Assembly: GCF_009914755.1 (NCBI RefSeq)
Contig: NC_060930.1
DNA: 64,000 nt
From: the human T2T-CHM13v2.0 reference genome, Homo sapiens
Direction: 5' to 3' (one strand)
The position numbers and the translations under genes are program-made. Every line of letters starts with the position of its first letter. The first letter of the stretch is position 1. The notes under the pieces are model-generated. The model worked only from the letters and a program-made list of their open reading frames with translations, ran no database searches and had not been told where the DNA came from. Positions 55,722 through 64,000 of this stretch are shown one piece after another.

Positions 55722-55809
55722 CTGGCACAGAATAAACAAAAATGGAGTAGGACAAAGTGCTGGAGCGAGTAAGAAAGTCTATCTGACAGACTTCAATCAT
55801 TTGTGACTA

Positions 55810-56184
55810 CAGGTTAAGCAACCCTACCCCAAAAATTCAATATCTGAAGCGCTCCAAATCCACAATGTTTTGAGTGCCAACATGTCACCAGAAGTGGAAA
55901 ATTTCACACCTGATCTCATGTGATAGATTGCAGTCAAAATACAGTCAAAAGTTTGTCTCAAAATTTAATTAGATAAAGTTTGCATAAAATTATCTAAAAT
56001 ATTGTATAAAATGAGCTTCAAGTTATGTGCGTAAGGTGTACATGAAACAAAAAAAATTGTGTTAAGATTTGGGTCCCATGTACAAGATATCTCATTATTT
56101 ACATGCAAAATCTAAAATCTAAAAATATCTGAAATCTGTAACACTTTTGGTCTCAAGCATTTAGAATAAGAGATACTCAGCTCA
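55810..56184. mobile_element. Tigger4/MER46-type DNA transposon deletion derivative
   Basis: TA-flanked degenerate TIRs caggttaagcaaccct / agagatactcagctca; internal gtggaaaatttcacacctga. Confidence 0.85.
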
Positions 56185-56409
56185 TATTAAGAATCCAGGG
56201 AAATCTATAGCTAACTAAGTATGAGCAAGTGAGGATGACCAGTTAGATTCAGATAGCAATGCTAAGCAAAACAATTCAGATGCAGCTAAGAGGACAAGGT
56301 AGTGAAAAGTTAAGGAGCAGCAGTGGAAATGAAGTTAGAAAAGATGGCAAGAAATAGTCTAGAACTTTGGAGACAAAGTCAGAAATAAATTTTTACTTTG
56401 TATTTTTAC

Positions 56410-56761
56410 TTTTAAAGACTATCTTTTAGAGAAGTTTTAGTTTCACAACAAAATTGGGAAGAAAGTACAGAGATTTACCATATGCTTCCTCCCCATATAC
56501 ATGCACAGCCTGCTCTATTACTGAAATCCCCCAGCAGAGTGGTACATTACTTACAATTGAGAAAGCTACATTGACACATCGTAATGACCCAAAGTCCATA
56601 GTTTATATATGAGGCCACTAAGAGTGTTGGACATACTTTGGGTTTTGACAAATGTATGACATGTATCCATCATTACAGTATCATGCAGATAACTTCCAGT
56701 GCCCTATTCTTTTTGCCGATTCATCCCTCCCTGCTGCCAAACCCTTGGCAACCATCGATCA
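56410..56761 (-). mobile_element. L1MC1-like 3' end
   Basis: aagtacagagattt..cagagtggtacatt..ctacattgacacatc..cccaaagtccatagttta. Confidence 0.85.
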
Positions 56762-58347
56762 TTTTATTTTATTTTATTTTATTAGATCTAGGGGATACAT
56801 GTGCAGGTTTGTTACATGGATATATAGTATAATGCTGAGGCTTGGACTTCTATTGAACGCATCACTCAAAAAGTGAGCATAGTACCCAATAGGTGGTTTT
56901 TCAACCCTTGTCTCCCTCCCTCCTCCCTTTTGGAGTCCTCATTGTCTATTATTTTCATCTTTATGTCTACATATACCCATTGTTTAGCTTCCACTTATAA
57001 GTGAGAACAAGCAGTATGTGTTTTTCTGTTTCCGTGATAATTCACTTTGGATAATGGCCTCCAGCTCCACCCACATTGCTGTAAATTTGAGGATTTCGTT
57101 ATTTTTGGCTACATAGTATTCTATGATGTATATTTACATTTTCTTTATCCAATCCAGTTAACAGGTATCTAGGTTGATTCTATGACTTCACTATTGTGAA
57201 TAGTACTGCAATAAACATTTTAGTGCAGGTGTCTTTTTAGTAGAACAATTTCTTTTCCTTCAGGTAGCTATCCAGTAGTGGAATTGTTGGGTCGAATGAT
57301 AGTTCTACTTTTAGTAATTTGAGAAATCTCCACACTGCTTTTTGCAGGGGCTAACCTAATTTACATTTCCACCAACAGTGTATAGGCATTCCCTTTTCTC
57401 TGCATCTTTGCCAACATCTGTCATATTTTTTTTTACTTTTTGATAACAGCCATTCTGACTAGTGAGAGATTCCTGTTGATTTAAGTTACTCATAGATCCT
57501 GAATATTTGGCCTTTGTCAGATGCATCACTTACAAAAATTTTCTCCCATTCTGTAGGTTGTCTATTTACTCTTTGGTGTGTGTATGTGTGTGCAGAAGCT
57601 CTTTAGTTTAATTAAATCCCAATTGTCAGTTTTCATTTCTGTTGCATTTGCTTCTGCAGCACTAGTCATAAATTTTTTGCCAAGGCCAATGTCCAAAAGG
57701 GTTGTTCTGTAGGCTTTCTTTAAGTATTTTTGTAGTCTGAGGTCTTACATTGAAGTCTTTAATCTATCTTGAGTTAATTTTTGTATATGGTGAGAAGTAG
57801 GGGTTCAGATTCATTCTTCTGCATATGGCTAGCCAGTTTTCTGAGTAACATTTATTGAATAAGGTGTTCTTTCCCCATTGTTTATTTCTATTGACTTTGC
57901 CAATTATCAGTTAGTTGTAGGTGTATGGCTTTATTTCTGGGTTCTCTATTTCATTCCATTGGCCAATGTGTATGATTATGTACCAGTACCATGCTGTTTT
58001 GGTTACTACAGCCTTGTAGTATAGTTTAAAATTGGGTAATGTGGTGTCTCCAGCTTTCTTCTTTTTTGCTTAGGATTGCTTTGGCCATTCAGGCTCTTTT
58101 TTAATCAATATGAATTTTAGAAATAATTTTTCTCATTCTGTGAAAAAATGACGTTGGAAAATTTGATAGGAACTGTACTTAATTTGTAGATTGCTTTGGG
58201 CAATATGATCATTTTAATTATATTGATTCTTCCTATCCATGAGCATGGAATATTTTTCCAGTTGTTTGTCTCATCTAATATTTCTTTGATCAGTGTTTAG
58301 CTCTTCTTCTCATAGAGGTCTCTCATCTCTTGGTTAGATGTATTCCT

Positions 58348-58350
<3 letters not shown>

Positions 58351-58390
<40 letters not shown>
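58351..58390. repeat. (GT)20 perfect microsatellite
   Basis: Directly visible. Confidence 0.98.
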
Positions 58391-58392
<2 letters not shown>

Positions 58393-58565
58393 ATTGTAAA
58401 TAGGGGTTGCATTCTTGCTTTGGTTCTTAGTTTGAATGTTATTGGTTTATAGAAAAGTTACTGATTTTTTATGTTGATTTTGTCCTGAAGCTTTATTGAA
58501 GTTGTCAAGTCTAGGAGTCTTTTGGAGGAATCTTTATTTTGTTCTAGGTATAGAATTATATCATT

Positions 58566-58855
<290 letters not shown>

Positions 58856-61800
58856 TTATCAGCAAGTGGAGATAATGTGACTTCCTCTTTTCCTGTTTTA
58901 ATGCCTTTTATTTCTTTATCTTGCCCGATTGTTCTGGTGAGGACGTCCAGTATTATGCTGAATAGGAGTGGTGAGACTGGACATCCTTGCCTTGTTCCAG
59001 TTTTTGGGAAAAATTCTTCCAGTTTTTTCCCATAAGGTGTGATGTTGGCTGGGGGTTTCTTGTAGATGGCTCCTATTCATTTAAGGTATGTTCCTTTAAT
59101 ACTTAGTTTGTTGAGAGTTTTATCATGAAGGAATGTTAGATTTTACTGAATGTTTTTTCTGCATCTATTGAGATGATTCTATGGTTTTTGTTTTTAATTC
59201 TGTTTACATGGTGAATCACACATTGATTTGAATATGTAAAAACATCTTTTACATATGGAATCCCAGTAATAAAGCCTACTTGATCATGCTGCATTACCTT
59301 TTTGATATGCTACTGGATTCAGTTTGATAGTATTTTGTTGAGGATTTATGTGTCATCAGGGATATTTGTAGTTCTCTTTTTAATTATGTCTTAGCCAGAT
59401 TTTGCTATCAGGATGACATTGGTTTTGTAGAATGAGTTAAGGAGGAATCCCTTCTCTGTGATTTGTTGAAATATTAGTCAAGTTGATACCAGCTCTTCTT
59501 TGTAAGTCTGGTGAATTCAGCTGTGAAGCCATCTGGTACAGAGCTTTTTCTGGTTGTAGGTTTTCCATTACTGATTCAATTTTAGAACTCGTTATTGGTC
59601 TGTTCAGGGATTTAGTTTCTTCCTGGTTCAATTTTGGGAAGTTGTTTCTAAGAATTTATTCATTTCTTACAGATATTCTACTTTGTGCACATAGAGGTCT
59701 TCGTAGTAGTCTCTAGGATCTTTTGTATTTCTGTGGTATCAGCTGTGATGTCATCTTTGTTATTTCTGATTGTGCATATTTGAATCCTCTCTCTTTTTTT
59801 CATTTTAAATTAAGCTAATGGTATATCAATCTTGTTTATCCTTTCAGAAAACCAACTTTTCATTTCATTGATCCTTTGTATAGCTTTTTGGTCTTAATTT
59901 AATTTAGTTCTATTCTGATCTTTGTTATTTCTTCTACTTCCCTAGGATTTAGTTTGTTCTTGTTTTTCTAGTTTGTTTAGATGTGACATTAGATTGTTAA
60001 TTTGAGATATATATATATATTTTATGTAGGAATTTAGCACTATAAACTTTCCTTTTAACACTGCCTTTTTTGTATCCCAGAGGTTTTGGTATTTTGTGTG
60101 TCTATTTTCATTTTTTCCCAAAGAATTTTTTTTATTTCTGCCTTAATTTTCTTGTTAACCCTAAAGTCATTCAGGATCAAGTTGTTTATTTTCCATGTGT
60201 TTGTGTAGTTTTGAGAGTTTCTCTTGGTATTGATTTCTAGTTTTATTCCACTGTGGTCCAAGGAGCTGCTTGATCATTTTGATTTTTTTTATGTATTGAG
60301 ACTTGGTTTATGATCAATTATGTGGCCAATCTTAGAGACTGTTCCATGTATAGATGAGAAGAAGAATGTATATTCTGCGGTTGCTGGGTGGTATATTCTG
60401 TAAATGTTTATTAAATCTATTTGGTCAAGTCTCCAACTTAAGTCCAGAATTTATCTGTTAGTTTTCTGCCTCAGTGATCCATCTAACGCTGCCAGTGGGG
60501 TGCTGAAGTCACTCACCGTTATAGTATGTCTGTCTATCCTTTTTCTTAGGTCTAATCATATTTTTTAATAAATCTTGGTGTTTCAGTGTTGGGGGTGCAG
60601 ATTTAGAATAGTTAAATCTTGTTGAATTTAACACCTTAACTTTGTATAATGTTCTTTGTCCTTTTTTACTATTGTTGATTTAAAGTCTGCGTTACCCTAT
60701 ACAAGAATAGTGACCGCTGCTCTTTATTGTTTTCCATTTGTGTAATATATGTTTCTCCACCCCTTTATCTTAAGCCTGAGGGTGTCAGTACATGTGACAT
60801 GGGTCTCTTGAAGACAATAGAAGGTTGGGTCTTGTTTTTTTCTGTTTGTTTTGTTTTTGTTTTTTGTTTGTTTGTTTTGTTTTTTATCTAACTTGCCTCT
60901 CTGCTTTTACGGAGTATTTAGGCCATTTATCTTCAACATCAATATTGATATGTGAGGTTTTGTTCCTGTCATAGTGTTGTCACATAGTTGTTTTGCAGTC
61001 TCAATTGTATTATGGCTTTACAGGGTCTGCGAGCTTTGTACTTACATGTGTTTTTATGGTAGCAAGTGTCATTCTTGTGTTTCCATGTTTAGAACTCTAT
61101 TAAGCAATTCTTATAGTTACTGCCTGGTGGTGTCAAATTCCCTTAGAATTTGTTTATCTGAAAAAGACTTTATTTATCCTTGGCCTATGATGCTTAGTTT
61201 GGCAGGATATGCAATTATTGGTTGGCATTTTTTTTAAGAAGACTAAAAATAGGCTACCAATCACTTGTGGCTTGTGATGTTTTTGCTAAGAAATCAGCTA
61301 ACGTGATTCCCTTTATAGATGGCTTGGCCCTTTTTTCTAACTGCTGTTAATATATTTCTTTCACATTGACCTTAAGTAGTCTAATGACTGTGTGTCTTGT
61401 GATGATCATCTTGAATAATATTCTGCAGGAGATCTCTAGGTGTCAACCTATCTAGTAAGATGGGGAAAATGTTCCTGAATTATTCTCTGAAATATGTTTT
61501 CCAATTTACTTACTTTGTCTTCTCTCTCAGGAATGCCAATAAGTTGTAGATTTGGTTACTCTTCATAATATCATATTTCTTGAAAGGTTTGTTCACTTTT
61601 TAAAAATCTTATTTCTTTATTTTTTCTGACTGGGTTAATTCAAAAGACTCATCTCCAAGCTCTGAATCTCTTATTTTTGCTTGGTCTAGTCTATTGTTAA
61701 GTATTCCAATGGTATTTTGACATTCCTGTAGTAAATTTTTTCAATTCTAAGAGTATTGTTTGGCTCCTTCTTTATGTAACTATGTTATCTTTTGTGTCCT

Positions 61801-63365
61801 GGATTCTTTTTTTGGTTTCTTGGTAATAAATTTCAACTTTCCCTTGGATCTCACTGAGTTTTCTTAAAATCCATATTTTGAATTTTTTTAATCTGCCATT
61901 TCATACATTTCACCCTGGTTAGGATCCATTGCTAGAGAGCTAGCACAATTTTTGTGAGGTGTCAAAACACCTTGCCTTTTTGCACTGCCAGAGTTATTAA
62001 ACTAGTTCTTTCTCATCCTAGGGAGCTATCATGTCTTATTTTTGAAATTGCTAAAGTTGTGACGAGGCTTTTCTAAATTCTTTTTTGAGGGTATTACTGT
62101 AGTTTATGTTGTGGATGATCATTTGGCTTTGTTTCTGGGTGCTTTCAGGGGACAAAGGCTCTGTATGGATTCTTTGGTTGTGGATAGGTCCTATGTGGTA
62201 GCTTTCTCAGATGCTGCTTGTCGTAGTGATGTATTTTTGTTGGTGGTGCAGTTCAGGCTGAAGTCCAGTAGATGGTGCTTAAGAGTAAGAGCTTGCAGGT
62301 AGACTGCTGCCTAGAGGACACACCCACCCTGACAGGCCTTGCAGGAAGAGATTATAATGTGTTAAGCTTTAGTCTCTGGGGAAAGGGGCTAAGTGTGGGT
62401 ACCAGTTCCTCATCCTTCCCCAACAGAAACATAATCCGCTTCCCTTTACTCACCTGGTTTATGACATGTTTACAAAGGCTTCATCCTTTGGTTCCCTGAT
62501 GCACTGTAGCTGTGGGACATGGATCTGTCTCTCTGACAGCTAATGCTAGAATGTGAGTTGGGGCACTCTCTAACCCCAGTGCATGGCAGGCAACTCCACG
62601 TTCTGTCCTCTGTTGCCAGGGTGCTGCTGCTCTGTATAGGAAGGGGTGCTTTACCCCACTCTTCGTGAAAGCCCAAGCAGGTGCAGGTTCACTTTCAGTT
62701 TGGTAGAGACACTGGGAATGCATAAAAAGCCAGTTTCATTCAGTGCATGTTGACTTTCAGTGTGGGTGGAGCTGCCAGAAAAGCACAAAATGCACCTTAT
62801 TTCAGTGAATGCTCACCAGGTCTTGCTGGAGGAAATGCTGTGTCGGCAATAATGTATGGGGCAGAAGGGCCAGGAGATGAACCCTTTGCCATTTGCAGTA
62901 CCTTCAGCAGCTGACACCGTGTCCATGTTTCCATTGTTCCAAGGGGAGCTTTGTCAGGCTGTGCTTCCCCCTCCCTTTGGGGCAATCCATACCAAGGGTT
63001 AGGTCTCCAGAGGACACACAACTTCCCAGGGACCTGCTGGTCCCCTGTGCTTGCCAAAGTCAGAACAGGTTGTGTGGTATTTTTGCAAATGATCTGGTGT
63101 TGCACTTTCTTAAGGGCAGAGCATCCCTGGGCAGGGCAGTGGCACCACAGGGACACAACCAGTATGGCACAACCAGTATGTTTCTGAGGGGAGTGTGGGC
63201 ATGGCTGCAAGAGTGGGCCATCCAGTTCTCTGTTCCCAGAAAGTTCTTCTGGGCAATAATGTTGCCCTGGGTTGTGAGGATAGAGGGGCTTCCCAACAGT
63301 TGAGCAGTAAGCAGGTTGTCAGATGAGTGAGAAGAGCAGAGAAGCACTCCCACCTATCCTTTCCA

Positions 63366-64000
63366 CTGGGGAAAGGACAGTTTCTTCAATAAATGCTGCT
63401 GGGAAAAACTGAATATCCATGTGCAGAAAAATGAATGCAGACCCCTATTTATTACCACAAACAAAAATCTAATCAAAATGAATAAAAGACTTAAATATAA
63501 GACCTGAAACTGTAAAAAAAAAAATAAGTAAGTAAACATTGGCACTGGTGAAATGCTGCAGGACATTGTTCTGGGTGAAGATATTTTTGTGCATGACTTC
63601 AAAAGCACAGGCAACGAAAGCAAAAATAGACAAGTGAGATTACATCAAGCTAAAAAAGCTTATGCCCCAAAAAGGAAACAATCAACAAAGTGAAGAGACA
63701 ACCTACAGAATAGGATAAAATATTTACAAACTATTGATCTAATAAAGGATTGATAACCAGAATATAGAAGGAGCTCAAACAACTCATGAGCAAAGTATCT
63801 AATAATCAATTTAAAAATAAACAAAAGATCTGAATAGACATTTCTCAAAAGAAGACATAGAAATGGTCAGCAGGTATATGAAAAATGTTCAACATCACTA
63901 ACTGTCAAAGAAATGCAAATCAAAATCACAAAGAGATACTATCTTGCCGAGGTAAAATGGCTTTTATCCAAAGGACAGGTGATAAATAATGCTGGAGTGG
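63366..64000 (+). mobile_element. L1MA/L1PB-type ORF2 3' region, runs off the window
   Basis: ggggaaaggacagtttcttcaataaatg..tacatcaagctaaaaagc..gaaatgcaaatcaaaa. Confidence 0.88.

Noticed and set aside
63355-63366. Orientation switch between L1PA16 and the terminal L1 as a third twin-priming event
   Set aside because: The plus segment covers ORF2 sequence already present in the minus element and looks like a different subfamily, so these are two independent insertions.

Overview
Primate (human-like), AT-rich, L1-dense genomic DNA with no intact protein-coding gene. Roughly 55-60% of the window (visual estimate) is interspersed repeat. This includes near-full-length L1PB1-like (11.7-17.9 kb) and L1PA16-like (56.8-63.4 kb) elements, L1PA3/L1PA7 insertions with TSDs, two twin-primed (5'-inverted) L1s, nine Alu-family insertions, solo LTR12C and LTR22 with TSDs, MaLR LTRs, L2/L3/MIR relics, Tigger4 and MADE1. 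Main hunt result: most islands of unique sequence from position ~10 to ~55,700 translate on the MINUS strand, through stops and frameshifts, into fragments of PLAT/LH2 (lipoxygenase-homology) domains. Many fragments are still bounded by AG/GT splice signals and several neighbours are phase-compatible. This suggests a heavily decayed multi-exon fossil gene with about 15 or more tandem PLAT repeats (LOXHD1-like architecture) spanning the window. The call rests on manual translation and remembered PLAT consensus motifs and needs profile-HMM/TBLASTN confirmation. Several templated-insertion and inverted-repeat scars and a trimeric Alu are also present.
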